Shown here: positions 1 to 9,067 of the stretch, piece by piece
How the letters are laid out: every line of letters starts with the position of its first letter
How positions within the stretch are numbered: the first letter of the stretch is position 1
Virus record (IMG/VR): IMGVR_UViG_3300037468_000371
Location: 1 to 64,000 of that record
Direction: 5' to 3' (one strand)
Source: a virus
Length of the DNA stretch: 64,000 bases
The notes under the pieces: generated by a model
The model's database searches: none
Told to the model about the DNA's origin: nothing
What the model saw: only the letters and a program-made list of their open reading frames with translations
Translations under genes and position numbers: made by a program

Positions 1-17
1 CATAGCGGGGGCGCCGC

Positions 18-187
18 GCCACTTTGGCCGGCCCCTGCTATGGGGTGGGGCGCCCCGCACTACGGGGCGGGCGCGGTGCCCGCCCACCGGGGTAGGCCCG
101 GCCAAAATGGCGCGACCGGCCAAAATGGCCGGGACGCCAAAATGGCGCGGCCGCGGCCGGCCAAAATGGCCGGGACGCCAAAATGGC
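18..187. repeat. Cluster of quasi-palindromic GCCA-AAA-TGGC motifs upstream of terminase
   Basis: GCCAAAATGGC at about 101, 119, 136, 160 and 177, plus the variant GCCACTTTGGC at 18-28. Confidence 0.85.
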
Positions 188-421
188 CCGAGACCGCGAC
201 CCGCGACCCCCCCGGCGGCAGAACGCGGCGCCCCGCCGCGGCGGGCGGGGCGTCCTTTCCCCGCGGGTTCATGAAAACTGTAGCGAAGAACCGCGACCGT
301 AGCAACTGAGCAACAAGGACGCATCGAAGCAACGAACCCTGAGCGGCGAGGCGCGAAGCCACGATTCGTGATATCCTGACGGCACGATCATGCGATCGCG
401 CAGCGTTGTCCCCCACCAACG

Positions 422-2038
422 ATGATCTTCGATCCTTCGGTGTGGTCCCGCGCCGCGGATCTGATCGATCCGGCCCGAGCGACGGACCCGGCCGTTGCGG
501 CCGGCCCGCGGGCGGGCCGGGCGCGATGGTTGGCGCGGGCGCGACCGCAGCAGCTTCCACCGGTGGGCTACTTCTTCGTGTGGCTCATCATGGCCGGCCG
601 CGGCTGGGGCAAGACCCGCACGGGCGCGGAACTGTTCAACGATTGGGCGCGCTCTTCCCCGCCGGGCTCGCAGTTGCTCTTGGCCGGGCGCACCCCGGCC
701 GACGTACGGGACTATGCTCTCTACGGCGAGGGCGGATTGCTTACGCATTACCCGGACATTCAGTATGAGCCGACCAAGCGGGTGCTGACATGGCCGCACC
801 GCGCGACGGCGCTGATCCGTTCGGGGGCGAACCCCGAGGAGTTCCGCGGCTTCTCGGGCGAGAAGGTCTGGCTGGACGAGCTGGCCTCGTGGGATTACCC
901 ACAGGAGTGTTGGGACAACCTGATCTTCGGAATGCGCGAACGGCAGCCGCAGATGGTAATCACAACGACGCCGCGCCCGATCGATCTTCTGCGATCGATT
1001 GTCCGAATGCCCGGCACGCGGGTCGTTCGTGGTAGCTCGTACGAGAACCGAGAGAATCTGGCGCCCGAGTGGGTCACCAACGTGCTGGACCCGTTGGCGG
1101 GGACGCGCCTAGGGCGACAGGAGATCGGCGGCGAGCTGATCGAGGACGTGATCGGGGCGTTGTGGACCGCCGCGCGGATCGAGGCGGCCCGCTGGCCCTC
1201 GGGCGCGGCGTTGCCGGTGCTGGAGCGAATCGTCGTGGCGGTCGATCCGCAGGGCTCCTCGACCGGGGACGCCCCGGGGACTACGGGCATCGTCGTGGCC
1301 GGCCGCGTGGCGCGGCCGCCGGGCGGCCCGGCGGCGGATGGCGGCGGCGGCGGCGGCGGGCCACAGCAGGAGTTCGTCGTCCTGGAGGACGCGTCCATGT
1401 CCGGTACGCCCGACGAGTGGGGCGCCCGGGCCGTGGCGGCGCTGGACCGTTGGGGGGCGGACCGCGTCGTGGCGGAGCGGAACTTCGGCGGCGAGATGGT
1501 CGAGTCCACGTTGCGGACACGGCGCGGCGCGCTGCCCATCGAGATCGTGACGGCCTCCCGAGGCAAGATCCGCCGCGCGGAGCCCATAGCGGCCCTGTAC
1601 GAGCAGGCCCGTGTGCATCACCGCGGGCTGTTCGCGCGCCTTGAGGATGAGATGGTGACGTTCACGCCCGTCTCGGCCTTTTCGCCCAACCGACTGGACG
1701 CTCTCGTATGGGCCCTTGCGTCCCTGTCGGGCTTGGCCGCGGCGGGCGGGGGCCGTGGCGGGGCGTGGGGCCGCCGCCGCGGCCCGACAGCAAACCGAGC
1801 GGAGCCGGCCGCCGCCGCCGCCGCCGCCGCTGGTGTGCCGCGGCCGGCGGGCTGGCGGCCGGCGCGGCCCGGCGCCGCGGCGCCGCGCGACACGACGGTC
1901 GAGCCGACCACGGGCGCCCCGACCGCGGGCCGTGGCGGGGCGTGGGGGCACCGGGGCAAGGGCACCGGCGGCCGCCGGCGCGGCGGCGCTGGTGGGCCGC
2001 GGCGCCGGCCGCGCGGTGGCCGGGGGGGGCGCGGTTGA
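422..2038 (+). CDS. terL: Terminase large subunit with a low-complexity C-terminal extension
   Basis: Walker A AGRGWGKT, Walker B WLDE, motif III ITTTP, RNase H-like VVAVDP...GIVVAG, VAERNFGG, SPNRLDALVWA. Confidence 0.95.
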   Translation: MIFDPSVWSRAADLIDPARATDPAVAAGPRAGRARWLARARPQQLPPVGYFFVWLIMAGRGWGKTRTGAELFNDWARSSPPGSQLLLAGRTPADVRDYALYGEGGLLTHYPDIQYEPTKRVLTWPHRATALIRSGANPEEFRGFSGEKVWLDELASWDYPQECWDNLIFGMRERQPQMVITTTPRPIDLLRSIVRMPGTRVVRGSSYENRENLAPEWVTNVLDPLAGTRLGRQEIGGELIEDVIGALWTAARIEAARWPSGAALPVLERIVVAVDPQGSSTGDAPGTTGIVVAGRVARPPGGPAADGGGGGGGPQQEFVVLEDASMSGTPDEWGARAVAALDRWGADRVVAERNFGGEMVESTLRTRRGALPIEIVTASRGKIRRAEPIAALYEQARVHHRGLFARLEDEMVTFTPVSAFSPNRLDALVWALASLSGLAAAGGGRGGAWGRRRGPTANRAEPAAAAAAAAGVPRPAGWRPARPGAAAPRDTTVEPTTGAPTAGRGGAWGHRGKGTGGRRRGGAGGPRRRPRGGRGGRG

Positions 2039-2286
2039 GCCCGCCGCCGGCCGGGGCGCCGCCGCCGCCGGGCCTCGGCCGCGAGGAGCGATGCCCCGGC
2101 TGCCGCCGGCTGTTGGGGCGCCGGGCCTACGGCGACGCGGGTCCGGTAGTGGTCATCGTCGACGGGCGCACGATGCTCATCACGGTAGGACACATCTGGT
2201 GCGGCCGTTGCTCGTGCTCTATCGAGGTCAAGGCCCTTCATGATCAACGCTTTACATCGTGGGCACCGGCCCGCGAGGAGGAGTGA
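2035..2286 (+). CDS. Small zinc-ribbon protein (Mu Com-like)
   Basis: TTG start overlaps the terL stop (TTGA); RCPGCRRLLG...CGRC motif pair. Confidence 0.55.
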   Translation: MSPPPAGAPPPPGLGREERCPGCRRLLGRRAYGDAGPVVVIVDGRTMLITVGHIWCGRCSCSIEVKALHDQRFTSWAPAREEE

Positions 2287-2292
2287 GCTAGT

Positions 2293-3087
2293 ATGAGCAC
2301 TGATGACACCGAGCGCGCCGCCCCCCGGGGCGAGAGCGCCGACAGCACCCAAGAAGCAACGACGGCGAGGGCTGGCGATACGGTGTCAGGCAGCGGCGGC
2401 GGCAACAAACAACCCCCGAGCAACGCGCACAACCCCGGACGGCGTAACGCCTCGACGCCGCTGTGCGGTTTCCGGCGCCAGCCGGGCAAGCGCCCCTGCC
2501 GAAACCCCGCAGGCCTACAGACCGATCATCCCGGCGTCGGCCGTTGCTTCATGTGTGGCGGCCGCAGCGAGATGGACCGCACGAAGGCGCACAAGGCGAT
2601 CGCCACCGCGGCGATGGACACCTACGGTCGGCCGCGGCAGGTCGGCCCGCACGACGCGCTGCTCGAAGAGGTGTGGCGCACGGCGGGACACGTAGCCTTC
2701 CTCGAACAGCAGATCCACGCGATGGAAGCCGCGGGCCTCGTGGCCGAGCGGCCGGCCGGGGCAAGCCCGGACGCCGCGCGGGCGGCCAGCGAGGTATCGA
2801 TCTGGATCAAGCTCTACCAGTCCGAGCGCTCGCATCTCGTCTCGGTCTGCCGCACGGCGATCGACTGCGGCATCGCGGAGCGGCAGGTCCGCATCGCGGA
2901 GGAGCAGGGCCGCATGATCGCCGGAGTGATCTCGGGCGTGCTCGGGGATCTGGGCATCGCAGCCGACTCCGACGAGGTTCGGCTTCGTGTCCGTCAGCAC
3001 CTGACGCTGCTCGCATCAGCCCCGGCGCCGCCGCCGTCGCTCGTGGCCGGCACCGCGCGCCGCGGCGGCGGCGAGAGGGCCAACTGA
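2293..3087 (+). CDS. HGGxSTG-like Cys-motif protein, probable terminase small subunit
   Basis: CGFRRQPGKRPCRNPAG...GVGRCFMCGG followed by a helical region; GAGGAG RBS; lies between terL and portal. Confidence 0.6.
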   Translation: MSTDDTERAAPRGESADSTQEATTARAGDTVSGSGGGNKQPPSNAHNPGRRNASTPLCGFRRQPGKRPCRNPAGLQTDHPGVGRCFMCGGRSEMDRTKAHKAIATAAMDTYGRPRQVGPHDALLEEVWRTAGHVAFLEQQIHAMEAAGLVAERPAGASPDAARAASEVSIWIKLYQSERSHLVSVCRTAIDCGIAERQVRIAEEQGRMIAGVISGVLGDLGIAADSDEVRLRVRQHLTLLASAPAPPPSLVAGTARRGGGERAN

Positions 3088-3088
3088 A

Positions 3089-4633
3089 ATGGCGACCAAG
3101 CCGACGCCCGTTCCCGCTGCTGCCGACGCCGAGGAGCTGAAGCGCCGCCGCCGCCGCAGCGCGCAGTTGCGCTCGGCTGTCTCGCTGCTGCTCGAACGGT
3201 CGCGGTTCGCCGCGACCGCCGGCATGACGTTCCCGGACGGAGCGGGCGGATTCCTCCGAGATCTGTACGCGCAGCTCGGCTACAAGCGCGAGCTGACTCC
3301 AAAAGACTATTGGGAACGCTACGTGCGCGGCGGCGTAGCGGCCCGCATCATCGATGCGTATCCGCGGGCCACGTGGATCGGCGGAGTCGAGCTGCGCGAG
3401 GACGAGGACCCGGGGGTCGAGACACCGTTCGAGCGGGAGATCTACGCGCTGGACCGCCGGCTGGACCTGTGGGCGCGAGTGATGCGCTCCGACATCCTGG
3501 CGGGCCTAGGCCGCTACGCCGTATTGGTCATCGGCGCCCGGGGCAATCTCTCCTCGCCGCTGCCGCGCATGTCTTCTTCCGAGGACATCCTGTACCTGAC
3601 GCCGCTGAGCGAGGGCCGCGCGAAGATCAAGTCGCTCGTCACAGATCACCGGGACGAGCGTTTCGGCCTTCCCGAGGAGTACGGTATCCAGCTCGTCGCC
3701 GAGCACGAGACTCCAGTTCACTGGTCCCGTGTCGTCCACGTAGCCGAGCGGCTGCTGGAAGACGACGTGTACGGGCAGCCGCGGCTGGCCGCCGTATGGA
3801 ACTACCTGGACGATCTGGACAAGATCGTCGGCGGCGGCGCCGAGGCTTCGTGGAAGCGGATGGATCCGGGCATGCAGTTGGACATCGACCCGACGATCGA
3901 TCTGACACCCGAGGACGAAGAGGACCTGTCGGACGAGATCGACGAGTACGTGCATGGGCTCCGCCGTGTGATGCGCACCCGCGGCGCGGACCTCAAGCTA
4001 CTGAACGCGCTGCCGTCGCCGTTCGGAACGAACATCGAGGCGATCCTGCAGCTGGTCGGTGCGGCTACCGGGATCCCGCAGCGCATCCTGGCCGGCTCGG
4101 AACGGGGCGAGCTGGCGAGCCAGCAGGACCGCGAGAACTGGAACGACCGCGTGGCGGAGCGCCGCCGCGAGTTCGCCGAGCCGCTGGTGAAGCGGCTGGT
4201 GGAGCGCCTGATCAAGCACGGGGCGTTGCCCGCTCCGGCAGGCGAGGAGGACGGCGAATACACGATCCGTTGGCCGGAGGCCGAGGAGCTCTCGGAGGCC
4301 GAGAAGGCCGGCGTAGCCTCGACGATGGCTTCTGCGAACGCTTCGCAGAAGGCATCGGAGGGCTCGGTGATCATGACGGCCAACGAGATCCGCGACCGTA
4401 TCCTAGGGCTTCCGCCCCTGGAGGTCGAGGATGCCACGGGCGAGGAGTTCATGACCGAGGAGCCCGAGATCGAAGAGCTGCCGACGGACGGGAGCCCGCC
4501 GGGCGAGGATGACGCCGACGAGCAGGGCGCGGGTGAAGATGCCGCGGATGCAGCGGAGGAGCCCGAGGCGATCGACGAAGAGAAGCCCGTTCGCCGCGCC
4601 GCGGCGGCCGCGGCGAAGGAGCCCACTTCATGA
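3089..4633 (+). CDS. Portal protein (DUF1073-type)
   Basis: GVAARIIDAYP, VHWSRVVH, GIPQRILAGSERGELAS; acidic tail; position after terminase. Confidence 0.9.
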   Translation: MATKPTPVPAAADAEELKRRRRRSAQLRSAVSLLLERSRFAATAGMTFPDGAGGFLRDLYAQLGYKRELTPKDYWERYVRGGVAARIIDAYPRATWIGGVELREDEDPGVETPFEREIYALDRRLDLWARVMRSDILAGLGRYAVLVIGARGNLSSPLPRMSSSEDILYLTPLSEGRAKIKSLVTDHRDERFGLPEEYGIQLVAEHETPVHWSRVVHVAERLLEDDVYGQPRLAAVWNYLDDLDKIVGGGAEASWKRMDPGMQLDIDPTIDLTPEDEEDLSDEIDEYVHGLRRVMRTRGADLKLLNALPSPFGTNIEAILQLVGAATGIPQRILAGSERGELASQQDRENWNDRVAERRREFAEPLVKRLVERLIKHGALPAPAGEEDGEYTIRWPEAEELSEAEKAGVASTMASANASQKASEGSVIMTANEIRDRILGLPPLEVEDATGEEFMTEEPEIEELPTDGSPPGEDDADEQGAGEDAADAAEEPEAIDEEKPVRRAAAAAAKEPTS

Positions 4634-5958
4634 GCTACGACCTGAAGCGCATGGCCCGCCACGCAACCGAGACGGGCGGCCTGTGGCGCGAGGAGAAGTA
4701 TCGCGGCCGGCTGCATCTGGTGGTCCCTGTGATCGCGCTGGTTGGCGATTCAGTCGTCAGCCCGCTCGGCGCCGCCGGGCCGGAGTTCGTCCCCGGCCGT
4801 GAGTTGGCCTTCGCCCCCTCGGGATGGGACGGCCGGCCGGTCGTGGCGAACCATCCAGTGATGGCCGACGGATCGCCGATCTCGGCCAACCGGCCTGACG
4901 TTCTGTCGGGCGAGCAGATCGGCCTGATGTTCAACACACGGTACGAAGATGGCCGGCTGAAGACCGAAGCCTGGATCGACACCACGGCGGAAGCAGCCGC
5001 AGAGGTCATCGAACGGATCCGCGCGGGCGAGATGCTCGAAGTGTCGGTCGGCGCCTTCGTCGCGTCCGAGCGCACGGCGGGCCGGGCCGCCAGCGGCGAC
5101 GAGTACCAGTGGGTGTGGTCGTCGATCATTCCGGACCATCTGGCAATCGGCTTGAACGGCGCCAAGGGCGCTTGTTCGATCGATGCCGGCTGCGGCGCCC
5201 CGCGAGCTGCCGCTGCCGAGGATTCTCACGAGCCGGCGCAACCGGCAGAGGCGGTCGCCGTGCGAGCGGCCGGCTGCGGTTGTGACGGTGGAAGTAGCAC
5301 GGGCGAAGGGCGCAAGACCCAAGCCCCAGTCGAAAAGGAGAAGCGAATGCCCAGCGAGAAGCAGAAGGCGCTGGCGGGGCGACTCATCACCTGTGGGAAG
5401 TCGCCCTTCCAGGAGGCCGACCGCGAGCTGCTCGAGACCTTCCCAGAGGAACGTCTCGAGTCGCTGGCGGACGGTTTCGCCACCACCGAGCCGCCGGCCC
5501 CGGCGGCCCCGGCCCCGGCCGCAGTAGTCGCCGCGGCCCCGGCCGACAAGCCGAAGGAGCAGACCGACGAGGAGCTGATCGCCGCGCTGCCCGAGGCCCT
5601 CCGTTCCATGATCGCCCGGTACCAGGCCGAGGATCGCCAGAAGCGCGAGGAGCTGATCAAGACCCTCGCCGCGGGGCAGTCGGTCTTCACGGCCGAGCAG
5701 CTCAAGGCCCGCACGACCGAGGAGCTCACGGCGCTGCGCTCCATGTGCGAGCAGGTCGCGAAGGCCGCGGCCAAGGCGAACACCGCCGACGACAGCGAAG
5801 GCGCCGAGCCGCGCGCCGCCGCTGCGGACTTCTCGGGCCGCGGCTTTCCGGTCAGCGAGCCCGCGAAGGACGTGACCATCATCAATCCGCCCGACCCGTG
5901 GGATCTCGCGGGCCTCCAGGCCTCTCGTTCGGGCAAGCCGCAGAAGGGGACCAACTGA
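4630..5958 (+). CDS. Prohead protease/scaffold (DUF2213-like)
   Basis: WDGRPVVANHP, EVSVG, PDHLAI...GACSIDAGCG; helical scaffold-like C-terminus. Confidence 0.85.
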   Translation: MSYDLKRMARHATETGGLWREEKYRGRLHLVVPVIALVGDSVVSPLGAAGPEFVPGRELAFAPSGWDGRPVVANHPVMADGSPISANRPDVLSGEQIGLMFNTRYEDGRLKTEAWIDTTAEAAAEVIERIRAGEMLEVSVGAFVASERTAGRAASGDEYQWVWSSIIPDHLAIGLNGAKGACSIDAGCGAPRAAAAEDSHEPAQPAEAVAVRAAGCGCDGGSSTGEGRKTQAPVEKEKRMPSEKQKALAGRLITCGKSPFQEADRELLETFPEERLESLADGFATTEPPAPAAPAPAAVVAAAPADKPKEQTDEELIAALPEALRSMIARYQAEDRQKREELIKTLAAGQSVFTAEQLKARTTEELTALRSMCEQVAKAAAKANTADDSEGAEPRAAAADFSGRGFPVSEPAKDVTIINPPDPWDLAGLQASRSGKPQKGTN

Positions 5959-6401
5959 TGTCGATCACCAAGCGCGCCCCGAACACGATCCATCTCGGGG
6001 GACCCATCACCTACGTCAACGACCTCGCGGCGATCGAGACGATCACCCCGGGCATGCTCGTCGAGTACCACAACGACTCGGGCGTCCTCAAGTGGGGCGT
6101 CCACGACTCGGCCGACGAGCCCGTCCATCGCGCCGTCGCCCTCGAACAGATCGAGTTCAACAAGGGGGTCGACGACACCTACGCCGCTGGCGATCTCGTC
6201 AAGGTCGGTGTCCTGGTCCCGGGCTCGCAGTTCTGGGGCCTCATCCCGTCCGGGCAGAACATCACGCAGGGCGCCCGGCTCCAGTCCAACGGCAACGGCA
6301 TGCTCAAGGCCGCTGCCTCGGGTGAGGTCGCGTTCGTGGCCGTCGAGTCCGTCGACGCGTCCGCGCTCACGACCGCCCGCATCCGTGTGGAGGTGCTGTG
6401 A
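5958..6401 (+). CDS. Head decoration/cement protein
   Basis: ATG overlaps the upstream stop (TGATG); ITPGMLVE...YAAGDLV...LQSNGNGMLK; immediately before the capsid gene. Confidence 0.75.
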   Translation: MSITKRAPNTIHLGGPITYVNDLAAIETITPGMLVEYHNDSGVLKWGVHDSADEPVHRAVALEQIEFNKGVDDTYAAGDLVKVGVLVPGSQFWGLIPSGQNITQGARLQSNGNGMLKAAASGEVAFVAVESVDASALTTARIRVEVL

Positions 6402-7399
6402 TGAACGGTACGCAGTTCGTGAACCCCGCCGGTCTGTCGACCCCGCGGGGCCTGATGGCCGGGCTGATGAAGCACGGCTCGGTCGCTGCGTTCCGCGCGG
6501 CCTCGCCCCTCCCGAAGAACACGCAGGAGGTCCTGGACGGCGCCGTGCTCAAGGTCGGCCGCCAGCGCCTCGGGCTCGTCGAGGATCTGCTCTCGATGGG
6601 CTTGACGTACTCGCTGCCCAACTGGCTCGCGATCCCCTCGCTGTATTGGGAGCGGATCAACGACGTCGGCCACGCGCAGCGCACCATGGTCCCGAAGGCA
6701 CGGGGCGAGCGGCAGGTGCAGGACCGCGACACCGCGGCCATCCCGATCTACTGCACCTGGGACGACTTCTCGTTCAACATCCGCGAGCTCATGGCCGGCG
6801 CCCGCGTCGGCGCTCCGCTCGACACGTCGATGATCGAGCAGGCCACCCGCAACGTCAACGAGGCGATCGAGGACGCCGCGATCAACGGCGGCCCGACCAT
6901 CGCAGGGCTGACGACCCCGGGCATCCTCAACGCCCCGAACGCCAACACCGACACCTTCAAGGACAACGAGGCGTGGACGGCGGCGGCCCACGACGGCCAG
7001 GACATCTACGAAGACGTGATGGGTCTCATCGAGAAGCTTCAGGCCGTCAAGCGGTACGGTCCCTACGGCCTGTACCTGCCGACGGCGTACGACAACAAGC
7101 TCGACTCCGACTACAAGGCCAACGGCGACCGCACCATCCGCGAGCGTCTGGCCGAGATCTCGGTCGGTGGCGCGCCCCTGCGCATCCGCGGCCTGGACTA
7201 CATGCCGGCCGACACGGTCGTCATGTTCCAGATGACCTCCGACGTCATGGACGTCATCGTTGGGCAGACTCCCTCGGTCGTCTCGTGGGAGGACGCTCCG
7301 GGCTGGGAGACGAACTTCGTGGTCCTCTCGTGCATCGTCCCGCGCGTGCGCGACGACTACGAGGGCGCCTCGGGCATCGTCATCGGCACCCCGAGCTGA
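6398..7399 (+). CDS. Major capsid protein (HK97 fold, Linocin_M18/encapsulin-like family)
   Basis: 333 aa; DFSFNIREL...PLDTSMIEQATRNVNEAIE, GILNAP, YGPYGLYLP; head-module position. Confidence 0.9.
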   Translation: MMNGTQFVNPAGLSTPRGLMAGLMKHGSVAAFRAASPLPKNTQEVLDGAVLKVGRQRLGLVEDLLSMGLTYSLPNWLAIPSLYWERINDVGHAQRTMVPKARGERQVQDRDTAAIPIYCTWDDFSFNIRELMAGARVGAPLDTSMIEQATRNVNEAIEDAAINGGPTIAGLTTPGILNAPNANTDTFKDNEAWTAAAHDGQDIYEDVMGLIEKLQAVKRYGPYGLYLPTAYDNKLDSDYKANGDRTIRERLAEISVGGAPLRIRGLDYMPADTVVMFQMTSDVMDVIVGQTPSVVSWEDAPGWETNFVVLSCIVPRVRDDYEGASGIVIGTPS

Positions 7400-7450
7400 C
7401 CCTGATCACAGAAGTGTAGAGATCGAACACAGAAAGGAGACAGACACACC

Positions 7451-7729
7451 ATGCAGGTCAAGCTGATCAAGGGAAACGAGGAACGCTTGTACGAGTGCGC
7501 GAACATCGGAGTCACCCGCATCACCGAGGCGATGGCCGCGGCGCAGAAGCCGATCAACCGGCAGCCGGGGATCTACATCGAGATGGCTGAGGTGAACCGC
7601 GTGAAGGGCGCGACCAAGATGATCGTCCTGCCCGACGATGCTGACGTGGTGTTCGTGATGAACGACCTTGGCAAGACCACGGACACGTACCGCTGGCCGA
7701 TCACGGCGGTGGCGGGGGCGCGCCCGTGA
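7451..7729 (+). CDS. Hypothetical protein
   Basis: AAGGAG RBS, typical codon usage. Confidence 0.7.
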   Translation: MQVKLIKGNEERLYECANIGVTRITEAMAAAQKPINRQPGIYIEMAEVNRVKGATKMIVLPDDADVVFVMNDLGKTTDTYRWPITAVAGARP

Positions 7730-8145
7730 GATACCGCATCCTGAAGGGAGCCCACGGCCTCGTGACCCCCAAGGGTGTGAAGTTCACGGTGAAGCCCGGA
7801 GATGAGGTGGACCTGACCGCCGAGCAGTTCGCCAGGATCGGAGCGCACCGTTCCGTCGCGCTTTCGGCGGCGCCGCCGTCGCCCGCGGCGGCAGCCCGGC
7901 CGCCGAAGGAAACCGCGCCGCCGCCCGCCGCCGCGCTCGCGGCGCCCGCAGCGGACGGGCAGGGACGTTGGGCGGACATCCTGCACCTGAAGACGAACCG
8001 CGTCAAGGAGGTCATCGAGAGGCTCGAATCGATCGAAGAGATCGAGTCGCTCGCCTCGGCGGAAGAGGCCGCGCGGAACCGCGCCGGGGTCAAGATGGCC
8101 GCCCGCGAGCGCATCGAGGAGCTGAAGCAGAAGCTGGAGGGTTGA
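7726..8145 (+). CDS. Hypothetical head-associated protein
   Basis: GTGA overlap; Pro/Ala linker plus small C-terminal helical domain (EEAARNRAGV), typical of post-capsid genes. Confidence 0.65.
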   Translation: MRYRILKGAHGLVTPKGVKFTVKPGDEVDLTAEQFARIGAHRSVALSAAPPSPAAAARPPKETAPPPAAALAAPAADGQGRWADILHLKTNRVKEVIERLESIEEIESLASAEEAARNRAGVKMAARERIEELKQKLEG

Positions 8146-8152
8146 GAGCGCC

Positions 8153-8662
8153 ATGGCCCTGAACGCTACAGCAGGCGACGCGGCAGCGAACAGCTACGTC
8201 ACGACCGACGAAGCGGACGCCTACTACGAGAACCGCCTGTTCTCGTCGGCGTGGGGGGCGGCGCCGAACGACCAGGAGCCGGCGCTGATCATGGCGACCC
8301 GGCTCCTGGACACCCGAGTGGCGTTCACGGGCGCGCCGGCCACGACGACTCAGGCGTTGTCGTGGCCGCGCTCCGGGATGTCCACCCGGAACGGCGTAGC
8401 GATCCCGATCGACGAGATCCCGGCGGACCTGAAGTACGCCGTGTTCGAGATGGCGCTGGCGCTCCTCGGCTCGACCGACGACACTTCGGCCGAGAACCAG
8501 GCGACGGCGCAGGGCCTGTCGCGGCTGCGGGCGTCGAACGTCGAGCTCTGGTTCACCGAGGGGTTCGAGCAGCGGCCGTTGCCGCTGCAAGTCATGCAGA
8601 TGCTGCCGGCCTCCTGGCTGGCTTCCACTACCGCTTCGATCCTTCCGCTGCGCCTGCTCTGA
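8153..8662 (+). CDS. Head-tail adaptor (DnaT-like family)
   Basis: ANSYVTTDEADAY, ALIMATRLLD, QALSWPR, IPADLKYAVFEMAL. Confidence 0.85.
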   Translation: MALNATAGDAAANSYVTTDEADAYYENRLFSSAWGAAPNDQEPALIMATRLLDTRVAFTGAPATTTQALSWPRSGMSTRNGVAIPIDEIPADLKYAVFEMALALLGSTDDTSAENQATAQGLSRLRASNVELWFTEGFEQRPLPLQVMQMLPASWLASTTASILPLRLL

Positions 8663-8668
8663 GCCGCG

Positions 8669-9067
8669 ATGGGATACGACGCTCTGATCCGCTCGGGAAT
8701 CTCGGCGGCAGCGACCGTTACGGCCTCTTTGCAGGCCAACGTCCTGCACGAGGCCTGGACGGGGATCGACGCGTACGGCGAACCGACCTACGCGGCTGGC
8801 ATCCAGCGCAAGGCCATCGTGCTCCGGGACGCGATCATGAAGCGCGACCGGGGCGGCGAGTGGGTGCAGACGCAGGCGGAGATCCTGTTCTTGAAGCCGT
8901 TCGTCAGCAATGGCGCCCCGGGCCGAAACGGCCCGATAGATATTCGGGATCGCATCACGCTGCCGGACGGCTTCACCTGCCCTATCGTCGAGACCGAGGG
9001 GTTGTTCGACCCTTCGACCTCGGCACCCTACTTCGCGGAAGTCTGGCTCGGGTACAGGCACCGCTGA
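8669..9067 (+). CDS. Head closure/stopper protein
   Basis: DAYGEPTY...DRITLPDG motif; follows the adaptor. Confidence 0.7.
   Translation: MGYDALIRSGISAAATVTASLQANVLHEAWTGIDAYGEPTYAAGIQRKAIVLRDAIMKRDRGGEWVQTQAEILFLKPFVSNGAPGRNGPIDIRDRITLPDGFTCPIVETEGLFDPSTSAPYFAEVWLGYRHR

Noticed and set aside
3089-4633. Anti-CBASS Acb1 label often attached to this family
   Set aside because: Size, motifs and position indicate a portal protein; no 2H phosphoesterase HxT pair was recognised.
6398-7399. Encapsulin/bacteriocin system
   Set aside because: It lies in a full head module with portal, protease and decoration genes, so it is the major capsid protein.
8251-9066. Apparent long N-terminal fusions in the ORF track (8251, also 11774, 33485, 41743, 42414, 51001)
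   Set aside because: The upstream parts overlap real genes in another frame; true starts are at the stop/start overlaps or RBS-supported codons.
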